39,171 bases of DNA from Candidatus Mediterraneibacter stercoravium (GTDB lineage: Bacteria > Bacillota > Clostridia > Lachnospirales > Lachnospiraceae). Made by a program: the position numbers and the translations under genes. The stretch is from NCBI GenBank assembly GCA_019116845.1, contig DXAY01000001.1, positions 1-39,171 on the forward strand, in the 5' to 3' direction. Shown here in pieces: positions 16,649-25,883 of the stretch. Under the pieces are notes generated by a model, which searched no databases, was not told where the DNA came from, and worked only from the letters and a program-made list of their open reading frames with translations. Within the stretch, counting starts at the first letter, position 1. The number at the start of each line of letters is the position of its first letter.

Positions 16649-18043
16649 CTACTGGTTTTCCATTTTCTTGTTGAAACCGAACATCCAGGTCAGGGCGAAG
16701 GCTACCGCAAAGGCGATCACATTGACCAGAAGGTAGAGCGGAAGCTGATCGTTTAAGTAGAGCAGTGTTCCCGGGATACCTGTGATGGACATTCCTGTTG
16801 CTCTCAGGTTCAGGTTGGAAGCCAGGAAGCCGCCTACACCGCCGCCGATCATGGACATGATGAACGGTTTTACGAATCTTAAGTTTACACCGAACACTGC
16901 AGGCTCCGTGATGCCCAGCAGCGCGGACAGACAGGAAGGATAGGCAACCTGTTTTGTCTTATTTGATGTGGCTTTGATGGCTACTGCAAGAACAGCGCCT
17001 GCCTGAGCTACGTTTCCGCATGTCCCAATGGGATTTAAGTAGTTCCATCCGTCCTGAGCCAGCATGCTGATCTCAAGGAAGTTCAGGATGTGGTGGATGC
17101 CGAAGATTCCCAGAAGCTGTCCGAAACATCCGTATAACAGTCCGCCGATGCCCAGAGGCAGGAACAGAAGGTTCTCTACTACAAAGAGCACGCCGTTTTC
17201 CACATAGTGAAGGATCGGTCCGAGGACGAACAGAGCCATTACAATCCCCACCAGGAGAGTGATGAAAGGCGTTACGATCAGGTCGATGGCGTCCGGGATA
17301 TGCTTGCGCAGCCATTTTTCAAACTTGGCGGTGATGATACCTGTGGCAAATGCCGGGAGAACGCTTCCCTGATATCCTGCAACGCGGATGAAGCCGAAGA
17401 ACTCCAGAGGTTCCGCCACGCCGGATCCGACGTCATAGGAGCTGGGGAGACTGGGGCTTACCAGCATGAGACCCAGGACAATACCGATGACCGGGCTTCC
17501 GCCGAAGTTGCGGAAGGTGGACCAGCATACAAGAGCCGGCAGGAAGGAGAATGCCGTGTCTGTCAGGATCTGGGTAAATGTAAGCAGAGAAGACGGCACG
17601 TCGTCAGGGGTCATGCCGAATACTGCCAGGACTGCTTCCTGAGTCAGAAGTCCTCTCAGTCCCATGAACAGACCGGTCGCGACCAGTACGGGGATGATGG
17701 GAACGAACACGTCGGAGAACATACGGATCGCCCGCTGGAATTTGTTCCCGTAGACTACCTCTTTCTTCTCCTCCGAGGACTCGCCGATATCGGCTCTTCC
17801 TGTAATCTTGACGGTCTCGTCATAGATCCTGTTTACAAGTCCGGTGCCGAGAATGATCTGGTACTGGCCGGAGTTGAAGAAGGAGCCTTTCACTTTGTCC
17901 AGGTTTTCCACGTCCTTTGTCCGGATCTTTTCTTTGTCTGATACGATGATGCGAAGCCTTGTGGCGCAGTGGCGGACGGATACGATATTTTCTTTTCCGC
18001 CAACAAGTTCTACGATCTTTTCAGCTAATTCTCTGTCTGTCAT
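16649..18043 (-). CDS. scrA: PTS sucrose-family EIIBC component
   Basis: HCATRLR EIIB phosphorylation motif, DVFVPIIP, GYQGSVLP and LLGITEPAVFGVNL. Confidence 0.88.
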   Translation of the reverse strand: MTDRELAEKIVELVGGKENIVSVRHCATRLRIIVSDKEKIRTKDVENLDKVKGSFFNSGQYQIILGTGLVNRIYDETVKITGRADIGESSEEKKEVVYGNKFQRAIRMFSDVFVPIIPVLVATGLFMGLRGLLTQEAVLAVFGMTPDDVPSSLLTFTQILTDTAFSFLPALVCWSTFRNFGGSPVIGIVLGLMLVSPSLPSSYDVGSGVAEPLEFFGFIRVAGYQGSVLPAFATGIITAKFEKWLRKHIPDAIDLIVTPFITLLVGIVMALFVLGPILHYVENGVLFVVENLLFLPLGIGGLLYGCFGQLLGIFGIHHILNFLEISMLAQDGWNYLNPIGTCGNVAQAGAVLAVAIKATSNKTKQVAYPSCLSALLGITEPAVFGVNLRFVKPFIMSMIGGGVGGFLASNLNLRATGMSITGIPGTLLYLNDQLPLYLLVNVIAFAVAFALTWMFGFNKKMENQ

Positions 18044-18075
18044 TTTAGTTTTTCCTCCTCGTTCTCATTCTTTTT

Positions 18076-18564
18076 CTATTTCTTTATGCAGGTGATGACT
18101 TCCGTCTGACCTGCGGTCACGTCTGTGCAGCCGTGGATCTGAAGGTCAAAGCCGTCGCTGTTTGTCACGACCAGGGGCGTTGTCATGACGATGCCTTTCT
18201 CTTTCATAAGATCAAGATCCACGGAGATGACCGGGGCGCCCCGTCTGACCTTTTTTCCCTCGGAAGCCAGTTTTGTAAAGCCTTCTCCGTTCAGATCCAC
18301 GGTGTCTAGACCGATGTGGACCAGGATCTCCGCGCCGTCTGCTGTCTCCATGCCGAAGGCGTGCAGCGTCTCGGCGAGCATGACGATCTTTCCGTCGCAG
18401 GGAGCGCAGACCGTGCCGTCCGACGGCTGGAATCCGACGCCTTTTCCCATGGTGCCTGAGGAGAAGACCGGATCCGGGACATCTTCAAGTTTTATCATTT
18501 TACCGGTGACAGGGGCGCAGAGGACCGGATCGTCCTGCGCTTTGTTTTTCTTAAAGAATAACAT
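18076..18564 (-). CDS. PTS glucose-family EIIA component
   Basis: LEDVPDPVFS..MGKG, HAFG and EILVHIGLDTV-L-GEGF. Confidence 0.92.
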   Translation of the reverse strand: MLFFKKNKAQDDPVLCAPVTGKMIKLEDVPDPVFSSGTMGKGVGFQPSDGTVCAPCDGKIVMLAETLHAFGMETADGAEILVHIGLDTVDLNGEGFTKLASEGKKVRRGAPVISVDLDLMKEKGIVMTTPLVVTNSDGFDLQIHGCTDVTAGQTEVITCIKK

Positions 18565-19927
18565 CTTTTTTACCTCCGCTTATCTCATTCATCTGAATTT
18601 CCGTTTTATCTGAAAGCCCTTTTATGACAACCTCGGGAACTGTATCCTCCGGGAAAATGCGGGAGGACATGACTGCCTCTCCGCCGTTCAGGAAGATTTC
18701 CATGCTGGAACGGTCGGCCCAGATCTCGACTTCCTTTAAGTTCTCAACCCGGCAGTCCCTGGATTCTTCCTGCCCGGTAACCCAGTTCTTCCTTGTGAAC
18801 CGGATCTGTTTCTCTTCCGGATCCCAGGTCAGGACCGCCTCCCCGCCGTGGAACCGGGCAGAGACCTTCCCGGACGGATCGGGCAGTGTAAAGTGCAGAA
18901 AAAAGGTGCGCTCTCCGGGAAGGAGACGAACCGTACAGTCTCCGTTACGGATGAGCGGGACTTCGTCCCCCTTCAGCTGTTCCAGCTCTTTTACCGGTGT
19001 CTGGACAAGTTTTCCCTCTATGACTTTAAGCTCCCGGGGGAGAGTCAGGCAGTGGATGCGAGGTTCCCCTCTGGAAAAGACTTCTTCCTGCTCGCCGTCC
19101 ATGCGGGACATCCATGCGTACAGGATCCGGCGTCCGTCCGGACCTTCGAAGGTCTGGGGCGCGTAAAAGTCGAATCCGAAGTCTGTTTTTGAAAAGTTCC
19201 GATCCAGGTCTGTATCGTCAAAGGATCCCTCCCGCTCATTGAAGCTGACGGTCTTTACTGCCGAGAAACTGGAGATATCGGCATCTTTTTCATTGTCCCT
19301 CTTCTGAGGGCAGTAGAGAAGGACATAGGTTCCGTCCAGCTGAAACAGGTCGGGGCATTCGATCATTTCATACTCTTCTGTTACGGCGGGGATGCCGGAA
19401 TATTCCCAGGTCAGCCCGTCGCCGGAGCGAAACAGCGCCAGCGCGCCTTTTCCGGACTTTCTCTGGGCTCCTGTGACCATGAAGTATGTGCCGGAATCCG
19501 TGCGGAAAACTTTCGGATCACGGAAATGTTCTGTGAAATCCTCCGGTGTTTCAGCCATGCTTCCGAGCTTCAGGAATTTCTGCCCGTTACCGGTCACCGC
19601 CATGCACTGATAGCTTTTTCTCTTTCCGTCTTTTTTTACATTACCTGTATAAAACAAATATAGTTTCTCATCGATTACCAGTCCGCTGCCGGAATAAGTT
19701 CCGCACATGTCATAAGTCTGATCCGGCAGCAGAGCGCTTCCTTCAAAAGTCCAGCGGACCATATCCGAGGAAGTGAACATCCCCCATTCCTTATAGGAAT
19801 GATCTTTTGCGAAGCGGTTCCACTGAAAGAAAACGTAATATTTTCCGTTAAAATATGCCATCCCGTTGGGATCGTTGAGAAGCCCTCTCGGCGGCTCAAG
19901 ATGGAAATGCTGTTTTTTCTCCCTCAA
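18551..19927 (-). CDS. scrB: GH32 sucrose-6-phosphate hydrolase
   Basis: LLNDPNG, YSGS, HFRDPK, IECPD and GFDFYAPQT. TTG start behind AAGGAG. Overlaps the EIIA start. Confidence 0.88.
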   Translation of the reverse strand: MREKKQHFHLEPPRGLLNDPNGMAYFNGKYYVFFQWNRFAKDHSYKEWGMFTSSDMVRWTFEGSALLPDQTYDMCGTYSGSGLVIDEKLYLFYTGNVKKDGKRKSYQCMAVTGNGQKFLKLGSMAETPEDFTEHFRDPKVFRTDSGTYFMVTGAQRKSGKGALALFRSGDGLTWEYSGIPAVTEEYEMIECPDLFQLDGTYVLLYCPQKRDNEKDADISSFSAVKTVSFNEREGSFDDTDLDRNFSKTDFGFDFYAPQTFEGPDGRRILYAWMSRMDGEQEEVFSRGEPRIHCLTLPRELKVIEGKLVQTPVKELEQLKGDEVPLIRNGDCTVRLLPGERTFFLHFTLPDPSGKVSARFHGGEAVLTWDPEEKQIRFTRKNWVTGQEESRDCRVENLKEVEIWADRSSMEIFLNGGEAVMSSRIFPEDTVPEVVIKGLSDKTEIQMNEISGGKKDVIL

Positions 19928-20056
19928 TTGATCATCTCCTTCCTTTTTATATCTTCGGCGCCTTTAATTATATTTAACACGATATTCTTGCATTTTCCTA
20001 TAGCATTTCATATTCAAAATATGGAAAAAACTAATCTTTTGAGATAAAATAAAGAT

Positions 20057-20908
20057 ATGAGAGAATATAAAGAGACGCAGCATTCGCTGCAGTATAAATC
20101 CAATTCGGATCTGACATTTTACAGTGCGGGCTATGAGGCATGCAGTCCCGGCTACAGTTACGGACCCAAGTTCCGTTCCTATCAGCTGATCCATTTTGTT
20201 CTGGAAGGGAGAGGAAAACTGCATATTAATGAACATATTTTTCAGCTGTCTGCCGGGGACGCGTTTCTCATCCCCTCAGGAAAGATTTCCTTCTATGAAG
20301 CGTCAAAGGAAGACCCGTGGCATTACGCCTGGATCAGCTTTCTGGGAATCAGTTCGGAAGCGTACATGTACCAGATCATGACATCTGTGGATGACGTATA
20401 TATCATTCACGGGCTTGATGTGGAAAAATACAGAGAGAAGATTTTTGACATCCTGTCAATGGGAGGAAACCCCACCAGTCAGTATTTCCGCGCCAACGGC
20501 ATCCTGTATCAGATCATGGCGGAGCTTTTTTCGGATATCGGTTTCAGCGAAGAGAGCTGGGGGAAAGATTCTGTGGCAGATGAAGTGAAATTCTATCTGG
20601 ATACCAATTATGCGGAGAAACTGGTTCTCAAAGATGTGGCAAGATCCTTCGGGATCCATCCGAATTACATGACAAGAACCTTTCATGAGAAGTTCGGGAT
20701 CTCGCCCAAAAGATATCTCATGGAACTGAAGCTGAAAAAGGCCTGCCGTCTGCTGACCACCACCACTCTGCCGATCGCCATGATCTCCGGTTCACTGGGG
20801 TTTGATGATCAGCTTGCGTTTTCAAGGATATTCCGGAAGGAGTACGGAGAATCTCCCTCGGCTTACAGAAAGAAGAGACGGGGAGAAGGAACGGACGCGG
20901 GACGGTGA
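20057..20908 (+). CDS. AraC family regulator (MsmR-like), divergent from the PTS operon
   Basis: GYE-C-PGYSYGP..R...LIHFVL-G-G, YEAS..DPW-YAWI-F and a C-terminal HTH pair. Confidence 0.9.
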   Translation: MREYKETQHSLQYKSNSDLTFYSAGYEACSPGYSYGPKFRSYQLIHFVLEGRGKLHINEHIFQLSAGDAFLIPSGKISFYEASKEDPWHYAWISFLGISSEAYMYQIMTSVDDVYIIHGLDVEKYREKIFDILSMGGNPTSQYFRANGILYQIMAELFSDIGFSEESWGKDSVADEVKFYLDTNYAEKLVLKDVARSFGIHPNYMTRTFHEKFGISPKRYLMELKLKKACRLLTTTTLPIAMISGSLGFDDQLAFSRIFRKEYGESPSAYRKKRRGEGTDAGR

Positions 20909-20922
20909 CGACGGGCGCGTGG

Positions 20923-20962
20923 ATCCCCTGTATTCCATCATATGAGACGGAATGCAGGGGAT
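20923..20962. terminator. Probable terminator hairpin between convergent araC and glgB
   Basis: atcccctgtattcc / ggaatgcaggggat, a 14-bp stem with one wobble. Confidence 0.6.
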
Positions 20963-20969
20963 TCCCGCA

Positions 20970-22784
20970 TCAGAGGACATCAGAGGTGTTTTCTGCTTTT
21001 TCGATCAGATAGTATTCCGCGGAGAATGGTTCCAGTGCAAATTCAAACACCCCGTTTACCGGCTTCAGGGACTTCACAGTTTCAGGAACTGTCCCGCCGT
21101 ACTCCTGAAGTTCGCTGGTAAATACCCGGCGAAGCTCCGCGGCCTCCGGGATCTCAAGCTTATAACCCTTCTGCTCTATGCCGGAGAAGTTAAAGACCGC
21201 TGCGATCCGTTCTTTTTTTCCGGCACGTTCAATCGCATAGACGCAACGTTCCTGGGAATGACAGTCGAGCCAGCGGAAACCGTCCGCCTCGTAGTCTTTT
21301 TCGAAAAAGGACGGATGTTCCATATAGAAGCGGTTCAGAGCTGTCATGAACCGGTGAAAATCCTGATGGGCGGGATAGTCCAGAAGATTCCAGTCCTGTT
21401 CCCGTTTCTCGTCCCATTCCCGGAAGTGACCGATCTCATTTCCCATGAAGTTCAGTTTCTTGCCCGGATGGGCGTACATATACATATAGAATGATCTTGC
21501 CTGGGGAAATTTCATCTCATAATCCCCGAACATCTTCTGAAGAATCGTTGCTTTTCCGTGTACCACTTCATCATGTGAGAGCGGCAGCAGATAGTTGGAA
21601 TCATAATAGTATGCCATGGAAAAAGTAAGTTTGCTGCCGCATCCTCCCCGGAACAGGGGATCAGTCCGGAAATAGTCCAGGGTGTCGTTCATCCAGCCCA
21701 TATCCCATTTATAATCAAAGCCCAGGCCCCCGTCTTTCACATCATCTGTAACTCCGGGAAAAGAGGTGGAGTCTTCCGCTGCCAGTATCGCGGACGGGTG
21801 AAGTTCCTTCAGTCCCCGGTTCATATATTTCAGAAATTCCACCGCATTCGGATTGACTCCGCGTTCCGGCATTCCCTGCCAGTAAATAGCGCGGCTGATG
21901 GCATCCATGCGAAGACCGTCCATGTGGAACTCGGTGAGCCAGTAGTTGGCGGCGGACTGAAGGAAACTCCGTACTTCACCGCGGGAGTGCATGAAGTTGC
22001 AGCTCCCCCACTCACTCTGACCGACTGCGGCATGGGGATATTCGTAAAGAGCCGTGCCGTCGTAGTTTGCCAGGGCGTAATAGTCTACGGCGAAATGCAC
22101 CGGAACAAAGTCCAGAAGAATACCGATATCGTTCTGATGGCATGTGTCGACAAAGGCTTTCAGCTGGTCCGCCGTTCCGTAGCGGGAAGTGGGGCTGAAG
22201 AATCCGGTGCCCTGATAGCCCCAGGATTCATCGCTCGGGTATTCGCAGAGAGGCATGATCTCCAGATAATTGTAACCGTTTTCTTTCAGGTAGGGGATCA
22301 GGATATCGACCATTTCCTCATAATTATACCAGTCGTCCGGCTCCGCTGAGGGCTTGCGGAATGATCCGAAGTGAATCTCATAGATGTTCAGAGGTTCACT
22401 GCGCCGGTCTGTGCGCTTCTTCATCCAGGGGGCGTCGTGGAACCGGTATGTGTCCATATCGCGTATGATGGACGAAGTGTTGGGGCGAAGCTCCATCCCG
22501 TATCCGTACGGGTCGCAGTGGTCGATAAACTGTCCGGCCCGGTCATAGATCCGGTATTTGTACATCATGCCGGGCGCGGCGTCCGGAGAGACGAATTCCC
22601 AGAAATTCCCGTCATGAACTTTCGCCATGGGACTTTCTTCCCAACCGTTGAACTCTCCGATGACAGAGATCTTCGAGGCGGAGGGGGCGAAGGTTCGGAA
22701 GACTACTCCGTCCGGCGTGACATGCGCCCCGAGATATCTGTATGCGTCAAAAATTTTTCCCGTATAAAATCCATAAAAATCCAT
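20970..22784 (-). CDS. glgB: 1,4-alpha-glucan branching enzyme (GH13)
   Basis: SWGYQ, RYGT, DFVPVHF, GLRMDAI, AEDST, GGLGFDYKWDMGWMNDTL, LSHDEVVHGK and HPGKKLNFMG. Start reassigned to ATG 22784 (MDFYGF) after GGAGG. Confidence 0.93.
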   Translation of the reverse strand: MDFYGFYTGKIFDAYRYLGAHVTPDGVVFRTFAPSASKISVIGEFNGWEESPMAKVHDGNFWEFVSPDAAPGMMYKYRIYDRAGQFIDHCDPYGYGMELRPNTSSIIRDMDTYRFHDAPWMKKRTDRRSEPLNIYEIHFGSFRKPSAEPDDWYNYEEMVDILIPYLKENGYNYLEIMPLCEYPSDESWGYQGTGFFSPTSRYGTADQLKAFVDTCHQNDIGILLDFVPVHFAVDYYALANYDGTALYEYPHAAVGQSEWGSCNFMHSRGEVRSFLQSAANYWLTEFHMDGLRMDAISRAIYWQGMPERGVNPNAVEFLKYMNRGLKELHPSAILAAEDSTSFPGVTDDVKDGGLGFDYKWDMGWMNDTLDYFRTDPLFRGGCGSKLTFSMAYYYDSNYLLPLSHDEVVHGKATILQKMFGDYEMKFPQARSFYMYMYAHPGKKLNFMGNEIGHFREWDEKREQDWNLLDYPAHQDFHRFMTALNRFYMEHPSFFEKDYEADGFRWLDCHSQERCVYAIERAGKKERIAAVFNFSGIEQKGYKLEIPEAAELRRVFTSELQEYGGTVPETVKSLKPVNGVFEFALEPFSAEYYLIEKAENTSDVL

Positions 22785-22973
22785 AAGTACCTCCAGATTG
22801 ATTTTAATAGACTGTAGTTGTTTTTCAATGTATAATAAGAATAACGGTGACAGGAAAGGTTGTCCACCGACAATCCGGACGATACGTCGGAAAACCAACC
22901 TTTTTATTATAATTGTCGTTTTACGTCAGAGCAGACAGGAAACGTCTGAATAAATATCTGCTACGGAGGACTC

Positions 22974-23507
22974 ATGGATCTCAGAATAGAAAAAACAGAA
23001 AAGGCAATCAAGAACGCGTTTATTGAGCTGCGTGCGAGGAAGCCGCTGGAAAAGATCACGGTGAAAGAACTGTGTGCGGAGGCATGTATCAATAAGTCAA
23101 CCTTTTATGCGCACTATGCGGACATCTACGATCTGTCCGAATCTATGGAAAAAGAGACGGTCATATCCATCATAAGCAGCATTGAAAATCTGAAAGACTA
23201 TACATTTGAGAATTCGGGCGCATTTACAAGAGCGCTCTGCCTGGCCTTTCTGTCACAGATATCACTGATCAAGATCCTGTTTTCGGGAAAGGAGCAGAAT
23301 CATCTGGCAAATCAGCTGGACAGGGAACTGAAGAAAGTGATCTTCCGCAAAAATCCGGAGTATGAAAAGGATATTGAAAAAAATATCCTGATGTCCTACT
23401 GCATACAGGGCGCCTATCATGCCTATCTGAATAATCCGGAGGCGGATACGGAGACCTTTGTCAGGACCATAGAAAAGATCGTGAAATGTCTGAAGCCGAT
23501 GCTGTAG
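22974..23507 (+). CDS. TetR/AcrR family transcriptional regulator
   Basis: MDLRIEKT..I..AF..L...KITVKELC..A-INKSTFYAHY-DIYDL. Confidence 0.9.
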   Translation: MDLRIEKTEKAIKNAFIELRARKPLEKITVKELCAEACINKSTFYAHYADIYDLSESMEKETVISIISSIENLKDYTFENSGAFTRALCLAFLSQISLIKILFSGKEQNHLANQLDRELKKVIFRKNPEYEKDIEKNILMSYCIQGAYHAYLNNPEADTETFVRTIEKIVKCLKPML

Positions 23508-23539
23508 AGGAGGGGAAAGAGGGAAGGCTCAGGCCCGCC

Positions 23540-23568
23540 TTGTCATTTCAATATGCGGATGATAGAAT
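23540..23568 (+). promoter_or_regulatory. sigma-A promoter of the tungsten operon
   Basis: TTGTCA-N17-TAGAAT with TG extension. Confidence 0.65.
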
Positions 23569-23610
23569 GAAAACATAAGCCGGTTGTACGGCTCTGAGAG
23601 GAGGATGTTT

Positions 23611-24474
23611 ATGAAAAAACTGTGGGCAGCGTCAGTGTGTGCAGGGGCAGTCCTGCTCTGTGCATGCTCCCCGGCGGGAAACACAGGCGACGGGCAGAAC
23701 AGCGGGAACAGTGAGATCATCCTGGCCACAACCACGAGTACAAAAGACAGCGGTCTGCTGGATGAGATTCTGCCGGTATTCGAGAAAGAGACGGGGTACA
23801 GCGTCAGCGTCGTCTCAGTGGGTTCGGGAGAGGCCATGACCATGGGAGAGAACGGAGAAGCGGATGTGCTGCTTGTGCATTCCCCCGAGGCAGAGGAAGA
23901 ATATGTGGCGGGCGGTCATGCCGATGAGGACGGAAGGATGGACGTAATGTACAATGATTTTGTGCTGGTGGGACCGAAGGAGGATCCTGCAGGCATCAGT
24001 GCAGCCTGCCCCGATGATGTGGAGACGGCGTTCCGGACGCTGGCGGAGAATCAGTCTCGGTTTATTTCCAGAAGCGACGATTCAGGCACTCACCAGAAGG
24101 AACTGTCTGTCTGGGAAGCCTGCGGTATTGAGCCGGCGGGAGAATGGTATGTGGAGGCCGGCGCCGGAATGGGAGAGGTGCTTGAGATGGCCAATGAGAT
24201 GCTGGCATATACGCTTTCAGACCGGGCCACATGGCTCAACATGGGGCTGGATGAAGACCTCAAGATCGTATGCGAGAAAGATCCCGACGGGATACTCTAC
24301 AATCAGTACGGAGTGATCTGTGTCAATCCTGACAAGAATGAAAATATCAATCATGAGGGGGCAAAAGCATTCCAGCAGTGGATCGTCTCAGAAGAGACTC
24401 AGGAACTGATCGGAGAGTACGGCGTGGAAGAGTACGGAAGTCCGCTCTTTACACCTGATGCACAGCAGGAATAG
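23611..24474 (+). CDS. tupA: Tungstate ABC transporter substrate-binding lipoprotein
   Basis: Lipobox LLCAC, TTTS tungstate-selective motif (ATTTSTKDSGLL), VGSG-A, DVLLVH, FISR-D-SGTH-KE and DRATW. Start at MKKL after GAGGAGG. Confidence 0.9.
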   Translation: MKKLWAASVCAGAVLLCACSPAGNTGDGQNSGNSEIILATTTSTKDSGLLDEILPVFEKETGYSVSVVSVGSGEAMTMGENGEADVLLVHSPEAEEEYVAGGHADEDGRMDVMYNDFVLVGPKEDPAGISAACPDDVETAFRTLAENQSRFISRSDDSGTHQKELSVWEACGIEPAGEWYVEAGAGMGEVLEMANEMLAYTLSDRATWLNMGLDEDLKIVCEKDPDGILYNQYGVICVNPDKNENINHEGAKAFQQWIVSEETQELIGEYGVEEYGSPLFTPDAQQE

Positions 24475-24477
24475 CCT

Positions 24478-25173
24478 ATGGAAATTATCGTCGAAGGAAT
24501 TTCGGAAGCAGTCAGGCTGATCTTTTCGTTTGACAGAGAGGTGTTCGAGGTGGTCGGGCTGTCGCTTGAGGTGTCCGGCCTCTCTCTTCTTATCGCAGGG
24601 ATACTCGGGATCCCGGCGGGACTTGTCATTGCGGGACGGCGCTTCCGGATGAAACATATGCTGATGCGTGTTATCTATACACTGATGGGAATGCCGCCGG
24701 TGCTGTGCGGACTGATTGTATATATCGTATTCATGAGGCGGGGACCTTTCGGCAGTCTCCGCCTGAATTATACGGTTACGGTCATGATTATAGCGCAGAC
24801 CCTTCTGATCCTTCCGATTATAACAGGACTTACGATGAGCGCGGCAGGAGAGCGGACAGAAAAGATACAGCGCCTTGCCCGCACCCTTGGCGCCGGACGG
24901 CTTCAGACGCTCAGGCTTTCTGTTTTTGAACTGCGGTTCGGGATCATTACAGCGCTTGTTTCAGGATTCTCACGGGGAATCTCCGAAGTGGGAGCGGTCA
25001 TGATCGTCGGAGGCAACATAGAGGGAAAGACACGCACAATGACAACATATATCTCTCAGCTTAAGGGGATGGGAGAGTTTGAGAGGGCAGTGGCGGTGGG
25101 GATTATCCTCCTGGTGCTTTCATTCATTGTGAATACGGTGCTTTATAACATTCAGAAAGAAACGGTTCGGTGA
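24478..25173 (+). CDS. tupB: Tungstate ABC transporter permease
   Basis: MGMPPV..GL, GPFG, ISEVGAVMIVGGNI-GKTRTMTT. Confidence 0.9.
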   Translation: MEIIVEGISEAVRLIFSFDREVFEVVGLSLEVSGLSLLIAGILGIPAGLVIAGRRFRMKHMLMRVIYTLMGMPPVLCGLIVYIVFMRRGPFGSLRLNYTVTVMIIAQTLLILPIITGLTMSAAGERTEKIQRLARTLGAGRLQTLRLSVFELRFGIITALVSGFSRGISEVGAVMIVGGNIEGKTRTMTTYISQLKGMGEFERAVAVGIILLVLSFIVNTVLYNIQKETVR

Positions 25174-25177
25174 CAGC

Positions 25178-25882
25178 ATGGAAGTAGAGATAAAAAACCT
25201 CAAAAAAGTGTACGGAGAATTCACAGCGGTGGACGTCCCCTATCTGTATTTTCCTTCCGGTTCCGTGACGGCAGTAGTCGGCCCAAACGGAGCAGGCAAA
25301 TCCACTCTGCTCAGCCTGATTGCCGGACTGCCGGAGAAGAGCGGAGGACAGATACTGTATGACGGGGACGAAACACCGCCTCTGAGACAGATGACCATGG
25401 TGTTTCAGGAACCCTATCTTATCTCTTCCACCGTCGGGAAAAATATCGCGTATCCGTTGAGAATAAGGGGAATGCAGAAGGAAGAGATATGCCGGAGAGT
25501 GGGGAAGCTGGCGGATGAACTCGGACTCGGTCCGCTCCTTGACAGGCGCGTGAGAGGGCTGTCCCTGGGGGAGATCCAGAAGACAGCTCTGGCAAGAGCG
25601 GTTTCTTTCGGACCGGAGCTTCTGATGCTGGACGAGCCGTGCGCCAGCATAGATACACACGCAACCCTGGAGATCGAGAGGATGCTTCTGAAAAGTAACA
25701 TGGAACGGCACACGACCATTATTCTGGTGACCCATGACTTGGCTCAGGCGCGCCGTGTTGCCGGACGGATTGTTCTGCTGAACCACGGGAAGGTCGTGGA
25801 GTGTTCGGAGGCAGAGCGGTTTTTCAGGCATCCGGACCGGGAAGAGACAAAAAAATTTATAGAAGGGAAGCTGTTGATCTGA
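25178..25882 (+). CDS. tupC: Tungstate ABC transporter ATP-binding protein
   Basis: Walker A GPNGAGKST, LSLGE signature variant, LLMLDEP and VTHD. Confidence 0.85.
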   Translation: MEVEIKNLKKVYGEFTAVDVPYLYFPSGSVTAVVGPNGAGKSTLLSLIAGLPEKSGGQILYDGDETPPLRQMTMVFQEPYLISSTVGKNIAYPLRIRGMQKEEICRRVGKLADELGLGPLLDRRVRGLSLGEIQKTALARAVSFGPELLMLDEPCASIDTHATLEIERMLLKSNMERHTTIILVTHDLAQARRVAGRIVLLNHGKVVECSEAERFFRHPDREETKKFIEGKLLI

Positions 25883-25883
25883 C

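Noticed and set aside
22785-22898. Upstream extensions in the ORF track (glgB from 22898; likewise starts at 3060, 7918 and 23584)
   Set aside because: Downstream ATGs have clear Shine-Dalgarno sequences and family-typical N-termini.
23508-23610. Moco/Wco riboswitch upstream of tupA
   Set aside because: The predicted 5' UTR is only about 35 nt with one small hairpin (agccg/cggct), too short for that motif.
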